A stretch of DNA of 64,000 bases from Heterodontus francisci (Eukaryota), in contig NC_090379.1 of the NCBI RefSeq assembly GCF_036365525.1, forward strand, positions 114,564,263 through 114,628,262. Direction: 5' to 3'. Each line of letters begins with the position of its first letter. Positions within the stretch are counted from its first letter, which is position 1. The position numbers and the translations under genes were made by a program. The notes beneath the pieces were generated by a model that had not been told where the DNA came from, ran no database searches, and saw only the letters and a program-made list of their open reading frames with translations. Shown piece after piece: positions 23,701-42,896 of the stretch.

Positions 23701-26700
23701 GACTAGACAGTGGCGCAGTGGTTAGCACCGCAGCCTCACAGCTCCAGCGACCCGGGTTCAATTCTGGGTACTGCCTGTGTGGAGTTTGCAAGTTCTCCCT
23801 GTGTCTGCGTGGGTTTTCTCTGGGTGCTCCGGTTTCCTCCCACAAGCCAAAGGACTTGCAGGTTGGTAGGTTAATTGGCCATTATAAATTGCCCCTAGTA
23901 TAGGTAGGTGGTAGGGAAATATAGGGACAGGTGGGGATGTGGTAGGAATATTGGATTAGTGTAGGATTAGTATAAATGGGTGGTTGATGGTTGGCACAGA
24001 CTCGGTGGGCCGAAGGGTCTGTTTCAGTGCTGTATCTCCTAAACTAAAAACTAAACTTTCACATCTGTAGGTTCCAGACTAGTTCAACAACAACATCTCC
24101 AAGATGGCCTTAATGTGACTAAGGGTGCTAAGTGAGACTAGAGACAAAGTCCATGATGAAGTTCCACGTGAAAAGGCAGAGATGAGTTTCAGGTAGAGGA
24201 TATCCTGGGTAAAACCTCGAGGTGGGAGCAGAATTGGCTGACCGAGAAGGAGTCTTAAGTCCCCATGTAGCTGGTCCCCATCATCTACTGCATAAACCCC
24301 TCCGTTCCACTGGCAACAATGGTGCCATCTGCAAACTATGAAGCTTCCTTTTCCAGGTCATTGGAAAAATTGTTGAATCAGTCCCAACACTGAACCTATC
24401 TAGAACCTTTCCCATTGAAAGATAGCACCCCCTGCTGATCCATTTGCATTTATACTGAACCTCCACCCATGACACTTTCCATTCAAAGACTGTTTCCTAA
24501 TTGCCCAGCTCAAATTTGATATGTCTGTGCACCACCACCAATACCAGATTTCCTCCAGTAGGCTGCTTGTGGAAAACTCTAAAGACATGAAGTAGTCAGC
24601 CATACAATCTTGCCTAATTAAGCACTAGTTATTTTATCAAAGGTTCCAGCTTGCTGGGCTGACCTGACCTGTCATTCCTTGTGCATATCCACACTACCCA
24701 TTCGTTTGCATTCCCCTGAAAGCCTTGCCAGCTTGACCTTGATGACTGATTGTAGAACTTACATTGGTGCAGAACTTCACCCAGTCCACTTGAGGTACTC
24801 CACTTGCTCCAGTCCTCTATCACCCCTTTCAGAGGTGTCCCTAAAGTGGGTTATTTTCAATTGTCTAAGATCCCTTGTGGTTCAGTTGGTTACAGTTGCG
24901 TGTAACTGAGGTCGCTGTCTGGTTTAGTCCCTGGTCTGTGCTGAGTTAGCTTATCTGTCAGGTCGCCAAAATAAACCCATGTGGCATTGCGTCAGGGAGG
25001 GAGAAATCAGCCGGGTCCTTGCTCCTGATTCTATTAAGAACTGTCTGCCAAGGACCAAACTGGACACTTAATGGGGCTGAGGTGTGAAAGGTGGTCCCCT
25101 GAGTAAAGTGGCAGGGACAGGACCAGGGCCTGTAGAGACAGACTCCCAGCAGTTGATGACCTTGAGGGGTGGAAAAGTAGTTGGGAGGGCAATTCACCAT
25201 TTTGGAAAGGATCTCTGGATTGCAGTGCAGCCCATTACAGGAAAAGAAGATTGATGCTTGTAGCTACTGCAGGTTCCATATGTTTCATTTACATTGCTTA
25301 TCTTCTGTGCCATGAGCTGAAAACCAGAGACATCATGAATTGGTATGACCCATGTTCAGCATGTTTTTTTTTAAAAAAAAAAAAGCTGTTTATACACTAC
25401 CTTTCACAACCTCAATGTCCCAATAGGCTTTACAGTCAATGAAGTTCTTTTGAGCGTAGTCACCGTAGGAAACACCTACCTCCCTCCCCAACTGAAGGAT
25501 GCCTGGATGTGAATCTTTCAAGAACTCATCATGACATCACTGTCTGTCTTTTTCTCTGTCGCAGGGTCAAGAACTTCGAGATGGGAGATGTGTACAAGAA
25601 GGCCTGGGGCAGCGACGCTGATGGGAACACTGGTAGAGTCGTCTCCAATCAGCCAAGCAATGCGCAGAACCACCATGAGATGGCCAGGCGGGGTGGTGAA
25701 GGAGAAGGCTACATTACCAGGTAGCCAGGCTGGGGCTCTGTCACTGTCCAAAACCAGGGCACAGACATCTGGCATTGGTCACATGTACAAGTCACATCAT
25801 TCCCCATATGCTGTAATCGGCAAGCAAACAAACAGCCCTTTGACTGCTGATCCCCAATGAAGACAGCAGGCATGACCTTTCCAGCTCTGCCCAGCCATCC
25901 CATAAGTTAGCACAGCCTTTCCACCTCTAACCCTGGAGATAGAGCATGACCTCTCCATCCTTATCAACCCACCAGAGGAGAACAGACATGACCTCCAGGG
26001 GTGGTGGGAAGGAGCAGGCATGACCCCTCCTCTTCCATCACCAACCAGAGTAGAGAATTCACCTCATTCCTATTGTCTCCCACACAGCCTTTGATTACTA
26101 GAGGCCCACTGGTAAATTTGTTTTAATAACAAAAGGCAGATGATGAAGAAGCATTCACTGTACCAAGTCCCCAACATAATGTGAAAATAACCTGAGAATT
26201 TGGGTTCCTTCTCAGGATAACCAATGATTCCAGAGAGGATGAAATGGAAGATAACCTGCATCAAGTGGGCAATATCATTGGAAACTTGAAAAACATGGCT
26301 ATTGACATGGGCAATGAAATAGAATCCCAAAACAAGAAGATCGACAATATTACTGAGAAGGTACCTGCTGTATTTCTGCCTTCATTCCTCGTGATGCTAA
26401 GGCTTTCAGACTTTAGATAACTCTTACAGGGCGAGTCTTGGCTCCCTAAAGTGTTGAGTATCTTCCCTTGAGAGCAAGGTAACAAGCTCAGGATAGCAAA
26501 CAGGCAATCTCTCCTCAAATAACTGTGGTTACTGGGCCCACCCTAGAGAATCACATCAGGCCTTGTTCCAGGCCTTTAGTTACAAGTGAATGTGTAGCAC
26601 AGTGTCAAATATCTATTTACACTTTTGTGGAGATTTATGCCAGCCAGTTCCTTGCAGAAAAAGCAGAATATCCGAAGCTTTGTTTCATGGATAGTTTTTA

Positions 26701-27790
26701 TAGGTATCATCTTGTTAATTGTATCTAACTGGTCTAACCTATTCATTTTTGAGAAACACTGCTGTCTATCTGGGCAACAAGATAGACTTGTCTTAACTTG
26801 GTTGGTTTGAACTGTTTTTGACAACTTAAATACGCCTGCAAACAGCTGCCGGAGCTTCCTGGATTTGAAGAACTTGGACTTGTCTAAAAATAACAAGACT
26901 GAGAGATAACAGCAAATTACATAGTTTGTTTAAATGTGGCTTAGCCCCTCCTCCTTGGATTGGATTAGCAAAGGTGTAGAAGTAATGTTACGTTGAAATG
27001 CACTAGTTAGACTGCATCTGGAGTACTGTGTTCAGTTCTGGGCACCAAACCTCAGGAAGGATAAATTGGCCTTGGAGGGAATGCAGTGTGAATTTACCAG
27101 AATGATACTGGAGCTAAAAGGGTTAAATTAAAGACAGGTTACAGAGATTAGGCTTGTATTCTTTTGAATAGAGTAGATTTAAGAGATGTTTAAGATGATC
27201 AAAGGATTTGACAAGGTAGAGGAACTATTTCCTTTGGGGAGTCCAGATAGAGCCAGGCCTTTTGAGGGTTGATTTCAGAAGCACTTTGCACAAAGGGTGG
27301 TGGAAATCTGGAACACCCTCTTTTTTTCTCCACCCCCCCCACCTGACAAAAAAAAAAGCTGTGGATGCTGGGGGTCATTTGCAAATTTCAAAACCGATTG
27401 ATACTTTTGTTAAGCAAGGGTACTAAGGGATATAGAAGCAAGGCAGGTAGATGGAGTTGAGATACACATCAGCCATGATCTAACTGAATGACAGAACAGG
27501 CTCTAAGTGCAGAATGATCTTCTACTGTTACTATATTGAGTTAGGCTGGGATGTGTATTTTAGTTGCAGTTGCTTATGTCTTGAGTTTTAAAAAAAAATT
27601 ACCAAGATAAAACACAATCATATCCAACAAGAACAGCAAACATTAGTCCTGTGTGTGCGCGATTGGTGGGGGATGGGGAGTTGTGTGTGTGCGCGCTGGT
27701 GCTGACAGTCTCTGTGTTTAACAGGCTGATGCTAACAAAGCTCGGATCGACGATGCCAACTTGAGAGCAAACAAACTCATCAAAAACTAA
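17728..27790 (+). CDS. SNAP23: Synaptosomal-associated protein 23 (Qbc-SNARE), 7 coding exons, 210 aa
   Basis: join(17728-17784,18519-18560,20457-20505,21263-21380,25565-25720,26216-26360,27725-27790) = 633 nt, all GT-AG. Two SNARE motifs, five-Cys cluster CCGLCVCPC, short SNAP23-type N-terminus and synteny with LRRC57/HAUS2. Confidence 0.96.
18519..18560 (+). CDS. SNAP23: SNAP23 coding exon 2 ([14 protein letters not shown])
   Basis: ttcacag| ... |gtaaag, 42 nt. Confidence 0.96.
18910..19990 (-). mobile_element. Degenerate CR1 LINE containing a Penelope-type mini-element (19496-19624)
   Basis: [10 protein letters not shown]-like RT C-terminal remnants. Confidence 0.75.
20457..20505 (+). 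CDS. SNAP23: SNAP23 coding exon 3 ([16 protein letters not shown])
   Basis: tttcag| ... G|gtgagt, 49 nt. Confidence 0.96.
21263..21380 (+). CDS. SNAP23: SNAP23 coding exon 4 (gene exon 5; [40 protein letters not shown])
   Basis: tttag| ... AG|gtaggt, 118 nt, palmitoylation Cys cluster. Confidence 0.97.
21474..21889 (-). mobile_element. DeuSINE (SacSINE1-like)
   Basis: Near full length with head, core and tail. Confidence 0.8.
22693..22810 (+). other. SNAP23: Candidate alternative or poison exon in SNAP23 intron 5
   Basis: Polypyrimidine tract 22625-22688, AG 22691-22692, donor TAG|GTGGTA at 22810 and TGCATG twice at 22825-22837. Confidence 0.4.
22897..23262 (-). mobile_element. DeuSINE (SacSINE1-like)
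   Basis: Deu core and tail. Confidence 0.75.
23708..24056 (+). mobile_element. HE1-type shark SINE
   Basis: tRNA-like A/B boxes (gtggcgcagtggttagc..gggttcaattc), CR1-like 3' end and (ctaaa)n tail. Confidence 0.9.
25565..25720 (+). CDS. SNAP23: SNAP23 coding exon 5 (linker; [15 protein letters not shown]...GYITR)
   Basis: tcgcag| ... AG|gtagcc, 156 nt. Confidence 0.95.
26216..26360 (+). CDS. SNAP23: SNAP23 coding exon 6 ([14 protein letters not shown]...IDNITEK)
   Basis: tctcag| ... AAG|gtacct, 145 nt. Confidence 0.96.
26965..27535 (+). mobile_element. CR1 LINE 3' fragment
   Basis: [10 protein letters not shown] motif and CR1 3' UTR. Confidence 0.8.
27725..27790 (+). CDS. SNAP23: SNAP23 last coding exon ([21 protein letters not shown])
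   Basis: taacag| acceptor; TAA at 27788-27790. Confidence 0.96.
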   Translation, partial: ADANKARIDDANLRANKLIKN

Positions 27791-29375
27791 TATGGAGCTG
27801 AACTCGACACTCTGCCCTGAACGTACAGTTTTGCCTTCAAATCTGATATGTGTCCCTTTGTGTTGGAGTCACTGCGCCACTTTGTGCCTTCCTGCATCTT
27901 TCTCCCAACGAGCTGACTTCTCGAATTAGTGTAAGATGTGCGTTGATGCTGAGTGACTCCTGGCGTTTTTCATCAGTGCACGGTCTCCCAGCCAGTCAAG
28001 GCCACAGCCAAAGAAGTGACTGATTTTCTCCACCCCACTGGCCTAATGTTCAAGTGGCTTTTGGCAGTATACTTCCAGTGCCTGTTCATCGCCAATGTAA
28101 CGACAGCAGAGGACTGACTGCAAGGGTCAAAATTGGGAGCTGTGGGCAATCCAAATCAGCAATATGTGGAAGACTAGTCTGCCTCTCTTCCCCTACCATC
28201 TTTCACCTTCTAAATACTTATCTTTCTTTCCCCATGGTCTATCTCGCTTGCTCTCTCTCCCCCTTACACTTAAATGCCACCAGATTACCTTAACCTATAT
28301 AGTCATCTTTGACAAAAGTCACATTTGCCAAAATAAGACTAGAGGATAGTGATGATCTGAAGGGAAGAGAATGGGGAGTATTTTGCAGGTACATGACCTA
28401 GAATGACTTGATATTTTCATTGGGATGCACTCAAAGATTCTACCCACTTCACTAATGACACCCTGTCTCTGGGTCCTGCAATAATCCAGATACTTACAGC
28501 CCCTGTACCCCTTACTCTTCCCCTCATTATTCCCATGATTTCTATCCATTTTTTTTTGCTATGACGTCCTTTCAAGTTTTAATTGGATTTAATTTGACAG
28601 CTCAGGAGGTTTGATGATGATGCCGTTTCTACGGTACAAAGCACATTTTAGTTCTGTCCCAGAAATCAGACTGCCTCTGGCCTTTCCTGTCAAATGTGAG
28701 GCACACAGATGCCAGTGGCTGGGCTTGCCCCTCTACCTCAAACCCTCTTCTCCCACCCTGCACCTGCCCATCAGCCACAAACTACACAGACTGCAGAGTT
28801 CTGACCTTTCTATCTGCCTCAACACTGCTCCTAGAGCCTGTGCCTTCAGTGTGTGAGCCTGCCTAGGGGCACTGTCACAGCTGGATTCTGGCAGCTATCC
28901 TGCACTAGGCACCCTCCCCCTCTGGCCTTTGTAGTATGCAGGGGTTGTGGACAGGGAACGATAACCACAAATGCCACTGTGGAGTGAAATCAGTGACCAT
29001 GGAGGCCCAGCTGCAAGAAACAAACTACCTGAAATCATGAAATTTGGACCAAAATAGTTTAAATAACCTGGTTGGGGGGGGGTGCAGGTGAGAGTGTGTG
29101 TTGGCTGGGTGAAGCTGGCTCTCCCCTTGGGCAGGATCCTCTGCACAAAAGCCTGGTCTTTATGCAGTGCCTCTCTGCTTCACATCACTTAATGTCAGCT
29201 ACTTGTATGCAGAAAAACAAGTGAAGATGAGCAGTGGTCGTGGCTGCACAAACTATTTTCAGTGCTTGCTGTAATATATATTGTACATTTAATCATTTCT
29301 CCACAATCCAATTGCATTGAGCTCAATGGGAAACAATAATGTTTAATAGAAAAAATGTCTCATTTCTTTTTCTAA

Positions 29376-29381
29376 AATAAA
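29376..29381 (+). terminator. SNAP23: Probable SNAP23 polyadenylation signal AATAAA
   Basis: AATAAA at the end of an AU-rich ~1.6-kb 3' UTR. Confidence 0.55.
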
Positions 29382-29724
29382 TCCTCAAAGTAGTCATTGT
29401 GCCTGCAGTAAAACCTGACTTATTGGATCAGGACAGGTCAACAACTAAATTTACTTCTCATTAATTGAAAACATCTAATTAATACCTGAATCACTCATCT
29501 CAGCCGGAGAGAATGTTACTGGTGTTTACAATGGTACACATACTGAAAGCTTTCTTGAAGGATTGAATTCCCTCTGTTCGGCTGCAGTGATTGCCTTGTA
29601 AGAGACATTGCTCACGTGGCAATTCTAGCTGCAGTGTTTGTGACTGTCAGGTGCTTTAGTTCCACTTTCCTCTTTGTCCCTTTTGCCAGCCTTTAAAGTG
29701 TTCTTTAGGTTGGGGGGGGTCCTG

Positions 29725-30335
29725 GATATTACCCTGTGGTTCTCTTAACCAGGCAAGTGGTGATTGATCTGGCAGGTCACCGGCTGAGAATTCTGCAGCA
29801 AGTAACTCACCTGTCTCCCCAAAGCCTGTCCACCTACAAGGCATAAGCTAGGAGTGATGGAATACTCTCCACTCGGTTGGATAGGTACAGCTCCACCACA
29901 AGATCGACACAATCCAGGATAAAGCAAACCAGTTGATTGGCACCCCATCAACATCCACTCCCTTCATCACTGACGTACAGTGGCAGCAGTGTGTACCACC
30001 TACAAGATGCACTGCAGCAACTCATCAAGACTCCTTTGACAGCAGTTTCCAAACCCATGACCTCTACCATCTAGAAGGTCAAGGGCAGCAGGTGCATGGG
30101 AACACCACCACCTGCAAATTCCCCTCCAAGTCACACACATCCCGACTTGGACTTATATCATCACTCCTTCACTATGACTGGGTCAAAAACCTGTAAACTC
30201 CCTTCCTACCAGCACTGTGGGTGCCCACACAGACTGCAGTAGTTCAAGAAGGCAGCTCACTGCCACCCAAGGGGAATTGGGGATGGGCAACAAATGCTGG
30301 CTTAGCCAGCACCACCCACATTCCATGAATAAATG
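29725..30335 (+). mobile_element. Non-LTR retrotransposon family B, 3' fragment
   Basis: Matches the other family-B copies; lies between the convergent gene ends. Confidence 0.8.
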
Positions 30336-30505
30336 AATCTGGCTGGCCTTCCCGTTCAGCCTGTGAGCTGGGGTAGGGGGAGTGGCAGGCCAGGGCCACC
30401 TTTGCCATTGCTCTGCCCCAGAGTTTCCTGTTGCTACTCACACATCAAATCAACAGAAGAAATAAAGGTACAGGATTAACAAGGAAGAATTCTATGTGCA
30501 AGTAT

Positions 30506-30511
30506 TTTATT
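30506..30511 (-). terminator. LRRC57: Probable LRRC57 polyadenylation signal
   Basis: TTTATT on + (AATAAA on -), ~620 nt past the stop. Confidence 0.55.
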
Positions 30512-31129
30512 TTATATACACAATGCTGTTTGAACTGATGGAATGGAGCCAGAACTCATGAGGTTGGAATGGGGGTTGGGCTGCACCATCACCTTTAACC
30601 GAGAATGCTGAGTCTTAGCAGCATAGGGACAGGGACTGGCCCTGATCCCAGACAGCAGCCGCTTTGCCAACAAGTCACAGCTTCAAACGGAGGATGAGCT
30701 CCAGCTATGGAATAGGGGATACAGGGAAGAATGGTCAGGTTACCCGAGCCATCTCTCTGCTTAACCTAACTCCTCCCCTACCTCAGGAAATCATGTGTAA
30801 AGTGCTAAAGAGGACACAAGGTGCAACTGTAGTGGATTCCATCAGGAGTGCGCAGGGCTGTGTGTCCCTTCATTCACATCAGCTTAAAGACACTAGAGTA
30901 CAATACATTTTATAGATAACTGGCAGCGTATCAGCTTCACTAACCCCAATAATGAGTACAGGTAGGGCTGTGGCCCTCGGCATTGCATCACACCACTTCT
31001 TCCACTGTCTCCTTCAACTGGTTGGAGTCACCTCCACTGTAAGGACTATTACAAGTTACTTCTACCATTTAACCAGCTGCCCAGATAAGCTGGGCCATTG
31101 TCCCATGCTGAGGGAGGGACCTTGGACCT

Positions 31130-37503
<6,374 letters not shown>

Positions 37504-37724
37504 TCATACCTAAAATAAAACACAGAAGTTAACAAAAAGGAAACTCACAACCTAACAGGTAAAGCTCAACTACACTCACTTACTCAGACAGCTGCGCAAT
37601 CCCCACAGGCAACACATCTCTCCCCTGAGGACAACGTGGTGTCCCTCAACTATCCACCTCGCCAGCTTCCCACCACCACCCCCTCCCCAGGATTCTTCCT
37701 TTATTCCAAAAGATTGAGTCTTCA

Positions 37725-39725
37725 TTAGAGACGAGGATGTTGCCAATGTAGCAGTAATAGACTTGTTAGCAAAGTTAAAGCCCATGGGATTAAAGGAGCA
37801 GTGTGGCAGCATGGATACTACATTGGCGAAAGCACAGAAAGCAGAGAGTAGTGGCCAACGGTTATTTTTCCAGGCTGGAGGGAAGTGTACAGTGCTATTC
37901 CCCGGGTGTCAGTGTTGGTATCAATGCTTTTTTTGATATATGTTAATGACCTGGAATATGATATACAGGGCATCATTTCAAAGTTTGATGAAACGAAAGT
38001 CAGAAATGTAGTAAAAATGAGGAGGATAGCAATAGACTTCAGTAGCACATAGACAGATCTGTGAAACGGGCACATGGCAATTGCAATTTAACACAGGGAA
38101 GGGGAAAAGGAGGGCAGGGAAGGGGAGAAAAACTTGCATTTATATGGCACCTTTCACAACCACTGGATGTCTCACAAGTGCTTTACAGCCAATGAACTAT
38201 TTTTTGAAGTGTAGTCATTGCAGGAATGATAAATTGTGGTAGGATAAATGAGATGACACACTATAAACTAAATAATACAATTCTAAAGGAGGTGCAGGGA
38301 GAGAGAAACTTGGCAGTGGGGGAGGCGGGGTAAGTGTACAAATCATTGAAGGTGGCAAGGTAAATTGAGAAGTCTATAAAAAGGCATATGGGATCCTTGG
38401 CTTTATAAATAGAGGCATAGAGTACAAAGGCAAAGAAGTTATGTTAAATCTTATGAAACATAAGATCGGCCTCAGCTAGAGTGCTGTGTCCAATTCTTGG
38501 CACAACAACTTGCATTTATACAGCACCTTCAACATCGTAAAACGTCCCGACATGCTTCACAGGAGCATTAGAAAACAAAATTTGACAATGAGCCACATAA
38601 GGACATATTAGGATAGGTGACCAAAAACTTGGTCGAAGAGGTAGGTTTGAAGGAGCATCTTAAAGGAGGAAAGAGAGGTAGAGAAGTTTAGGGAGGAAAT
38701 TCCAGAACATAGGGTCGGCGGCTGAAGGCACAGCCACCAATAGTGGAGAGTAGGAAAATCGAAGAGTGCTGACCAGTTGGAGTAGGGATTTGGGGGGGCA
38801 GGGTACCTTAGAAGGGAGAAATGATGACAGGAGAGAGAAGTAAGGAGAAAAATCAGGGAGAAAAACATGGAAATAGATTGATGGGCTCGTGTCCAGAGTG
38901 ACAGCCAAAGCACGTATGCGAATGGGCACAGAGAAAACTCATGTTACATAGGCCTGGTTACAGATCAATAATTAGGATACATATATCCTAGTAGCAATAG
39001 GGAACAGAGAAAAGACAATATGACGGTATGCAGAGTTAAAGTCAGGTGTCCCACAGTGGGTAGAGTGGAGCTGGCATGGAGCAGTGGCGAACAGTTGTCA
39101 CACTTTAGAAGGACCTCAAGGCCATAGAGAGGACACAGAAGAGTTTTAATAGAATGATACAAGGGATACAATCATGGTACAAGGGGTACATCAATCATGG
39201 TGCAGAAACTGGAAAAACTGGTGTTGTTCTCCTTAGAGCAGAGGTGAAGAGGAGATTTGATAAAGGTTCAGGAATAGATTTGAATAAGAAGTGACAGAAG
39301 GATCAGTAACCAAATAAGACAAATTTAAGGTGACTGGCAAAAGAACCAGAGGCAACATGAGGAAACATGTTTAAATAAAGAGGTCTTTCACCTGTTGCGA
39401 TAAGGAATTTTTCTCCTGAGTGGAAGGTCATTTTACCCCACTTGCTTGTTGCCTTTATCTTATGTGGTTCCACAAACTCTGCGTAGCTGTTATTGTAAGT
39501 TACGTTCTTGTCCCGTGTTTTTCCAAAATAAGTTACGATGATCTGGAATGCACTGCCTGACAGGGTAGTGGAAGTGATTCAATAGTAACTTCCAAAAGAG
39601 AATTGCTGAAATGCTTGAAGAGAAAAAATTACAGGGGAGTGGGACTAATTGGATCGCTCTTTCAAAAGAAATGGCACAGCCAAAATGGGCCAAATGGCCT
39701 CCTTCTGTGCTGTACAATTTTATCA
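37725..39725 (+). mobile_element. Fragmented CR1 LINE with DeuSINE and L2-tail fragments inserted
   Basis: Discontinuous CR1 RT and 3' end remnants. Confidence 0.65.
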
Positions 39726-39729
39726 TTCC

Positions 39730-41965
39730 ATGAATCGTAAGCAGCATGCGATAGACAGAGCTAAGCGATCCCATAACCAACGGATCAGATCTAAGCTCTG
39801 CAGTCCTGCCACATCCAGCTGTGAATGGCGGTGGACAATTAAACAACTAACTGGAGGAGGAGGCTCCACAAATATCCCCATCCTCAATGATGGGCGAGCC
39901 CAGCACATCAGTGTGAAAGATAAGGCTGAAGCATTTGCAACAATTTTCAGCCAGAAGTGCCGAGCTGATGATCCATCTCTGCCTCCTTCTGAAGTCCCCA
40001 GCATCACAGATGCCAGACTTCAGCCAATTCGATTCACTCCGCGTGATATCAAGAAATGACTGAAGGCACTGGATACTGCCAAGGCTATGGGCCCTGACAA
40101 TATTCCGACAATAGTACTGAAGACCTGTGCTCCGGAACTTGCCGCGCCCCTAGCCAAGCTGTTCCAGTACAGCTACAACACTGGCATCTACCCTGCAATG
40201 TGGAAAATTGCCCAGGTATGTCCTGTACACAAAAAGCAGGACAAGTTCAACCCGGCCAACTACCGCCCCATCAGCCTACTCTCAATCATCAGTAAAGTGA
40301 TGGAAGGTATCAACAGTGCCATCAAGCGGCACCTGCCTAGCAATAACCTGCTCAGTGACGCTCAGTTTGGGTTCCGCCAGGGCCACTCAGCTCCTGACCT
40401 CATAACAGCCTTGGTTCAAACATGGACAAAAGAGCTGAACTCAAGAGGTGAGGTGAGGTGAGAGTGACTGCCCTTGACATCAAGGCACCATTTGACCGAG
40501 TATGGCATCAAGGAGCCCTAGCAAAACTGAGGTCAATGGGAATCAGGGGGAAAACCCTCCACTGGCTGGAGTCATACCTAGCACAAAGGAAGATGGTTGT
40601 GGTTGTTAGAGGTCAATCATCTGAGCTCCAGGACATCACTGCAGAGTTCCTCAGGGTAGTGTCCTGGGCCCAACCATCTTCAGCTGCTTCATCAATGACC
40701 TTCCTTCAATCATAAGATCAGAAGTGGGGATGTTCGCTGATGATTGCACAATGTTCAGCACCATTCGTGACTCCTCAGGTACTGAAGCAGTCCGTGTAGA
40801 AATGCAGCAAGACCTGGACAATATCCAGGCTCGGGCTGTTAAGTGGCAAGTAACATTCGCGCCACACAAGTGCCAGGCAATGACCATCTCCAACAAGAGA
40901 AAATCTAACCATCTCCCCTTGACATTCAATGGCATTACCATCGCTGAATCCCCCACTATCAGCATCCTAGGGGCTACCATTGACCAGAAACTGAACTGGA
41001 GTAGCCATATAAATACCGTGGCTACAAGAGCAGGTCAGAGGCTAGGAATCCTGAGGCAAGTAACTCACCTCCTGACTCCCCAAAGCCTGTCCACCATCTA
41101 CAAGTGGCGGCGCAGTGGTTAGCACCGCAGCCTCACAGCTCCAGCAACCCAGGTTCAATTCTGGGTACTGCCTGTGTGGAGTTTGCAAGTTCTCCCTGTG
41201 TCTGCGTGGGTTTCCTCCGGGTGCTCCGGTTTCCTCCCACAGCCAAAAGACTTGCAGGTTGATAGGTGAATTGGCCATTATAAATTGTCACTAGTATAGG
41301 TAGGTGGTAGGGGAATATCAGGACAGGTGAGGATGTGGTAGGAATATGGGATTAGCGTAGGATTAGTATAAATGGGTGGTTAATGGTCGGCACAGACTCG
41401 GTGGGCCGAAGGGCCTGTTTCAGTGCTGTATCTCTAAATCTAAAAAAAAAATCTAAAAGTCAGGAGTGTGATGGAATACTCTCCACTTGCCCGGATGGGT
41501 GCAGCTCCAACAACACTCAAAAAGCTCGACACCATCCAGCCCGCTTGATTGACACTCCATCTACAAACATTCACTCCCTTCACCACCGACGCACAGTGGC
41601 AGCAGTGTGTACCATCTACAAGATGCACTGCAGCAACACACCAAGGCTCCTTCGACTGCGCCTTCCAAAACCATGACCTTTACCACCTAGAAGGACAAGG
41701 GCAGCAGATGCATGGGAATCCCACCACCTGCAAGTTCCCCTCCAAGTCACACGCCATCCTGACTTGGAACTATATCGCCGTTCCTTCACTGTTGCTGGAA
41801 CAAAACCCTGGAACTCCCTTCCTATCAGCGCTGTGGGTGTACCTACTCCACATGGACTGCGGCGGTTCAAGAAGGCAGCTCACCACCACCTTCTCTTGGG
41901 CAATTAGGGATGGGCAATAAATGCTGGCCTGGCCAGTGACGCCTACATCCCATGAATGAATTTTT
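39730..41965 (+). mobile_element. Non-LTR retrotransposon family B, RT domain and 3' end (few lesions)
   Basis: PANYRPISLLSIISKVME, QFGFRQGHS, ALDIKAPFDRVWH and MFADDCT motifs. Confidence 0.92.
41105..41457 (+). mobile_element. HE1-type SINE inserted in family-B LINE
   Basis: Near-identical to 23708-24056. Confidence 0.9.
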
Positions 41966-42152
41966 TTTAAATCGATCTATGCATTTTTCAGTGTCAGGTG
42001 TGAACAAGATGAGGCTCAGCTGTGATTTGCTTTGAGCTCATAGAAAGGACTGAGCTCCGTAACACAGAAGCCTCCCAGGGTTGAAAGGAGTCAGAGGGAA
42101 GGTGAGATAAGCTAAATCGCGGGTAGATGGTGGCAGCCCTTGATTTTAAAGT

Positions 42153-42237
42153 AATAAAAACTGGAAATACTCAGCAGGTCAGGCAGCACCTATGGAGAGA
42201 GAGTGTTAATGTTTCAGGTCGATTACCCCTCGTTCGA
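42153..42237 (-). mobile_element. Degenerate Penelope-type mini-element
   Basis: ctggaaatactcagcaggtcaggcagca...gttaatgtttcaggtc. Confidence 0.7.
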
Positions 42238-42344
42238 TTTTTAAAGTCTGCTGATTATAAAAGAGACTGAACGGTGAGTAGAGCTGAATAATTCCCATTA
42301 ATCTCATTACCCTCAGCTCCCAATCACACCCTCCCGGTCGATAC

Positions 42345-42450
42345 CTGACGCTGCGGCCTGCTGTTCCTTCGACCCATTTGTTGTGGGTGGACGGCGGCTT
42401 TCTCCAGGTTACAGGGCGAGGCTGAGATCACCCGAAGGACCGGAAGCTGA
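42345..42450 (-). other. LRRC57: Probable LRRC57 non-coding exon 1 (5' end approximate)
   Basis: Minus-strand donor CGTCAG|GTATCG at 42345/42344, at the edge of the CpG island. Confidence 0.55.
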
Positions 42451-42679
42451 CTGCAAAACGTTCCCCCGGGCACTACCGGTTCTCGGAGCCAGTGTACCAC
42501 CCAATAGTTCCGACTACAGCAGCAACACACAGCCAGCAAAGATAGAGGAACTCACCAACGCATCGGCCCCACTACTTGTGCCGCGTCTCCCTGGTAACCG
42601 CCCAAAAGAAATAACGCATTAGTGAGCCTGACCTTACCAACATGGCGGGAATTTGTCATACGTCATCATTCTGCACCCA

Positions 42680-42737
42680 GAGTAGTAACTTTACCTCATC
42701 AGTACACGCCGCATAGTGACGGTGGAGAGCGCGAGAG
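42680..42737 (+). other. HAUS2: Probable HAUS2 non-coding exon 1 (start approximate)
   Basis: Strong donor GAGAG|GTGAGT at 42737/42738; the ATG exon at 47505 has its own acceptor. Confidence 0.65.
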
Positions 42738-42896
42738 GTGAGTAACGGTCGGAGCGCGAGATGATCGACCGGGAAAACGGCCGCATCCCTCCACCCCACC
42801 CCCACCCCGACCCACGGCAATACCCGCCTTACTCGGTATCGCTGAAACAACCGACCCGCACAACCCTGGCTCTAGGACGCGAGTAATGTCACAGAT

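Larger units (their letters stand above)
42345..42860. promoter_or_regulatory. CpG-island bidirectional promoter LRRC57/HAUS2
   Basis: High CpG; ETS CCGGAAG 42440, CCAAT 42501, X-box GTCTCCCTGGTAAC 42585-42598, YY1-like CAACATGGCGG 42638-42648, CRE-like TACGTCAT 42659-42666. Confidence 0.8.

Noticed and set aside
23708-23775. tRNA gene (also other SINE heads)
   Set aside because: The A/B boxes belong to tRNA-derived SINE heads that continue into SINE bodies.
17728-27790. SNAP25 rather than SNAP23
   Set aside because: The short N-terminal exon, five-Cys cluster, KNFE..YK..WG linker and LRRC57/HAUS2 synteny indicate SNAP23.
39649-41122. Intact autonomous retrotransposon ORF
   Set aside because: It is 5' truncated, has a stop and frameshifts, and is interrupted by a SINE.
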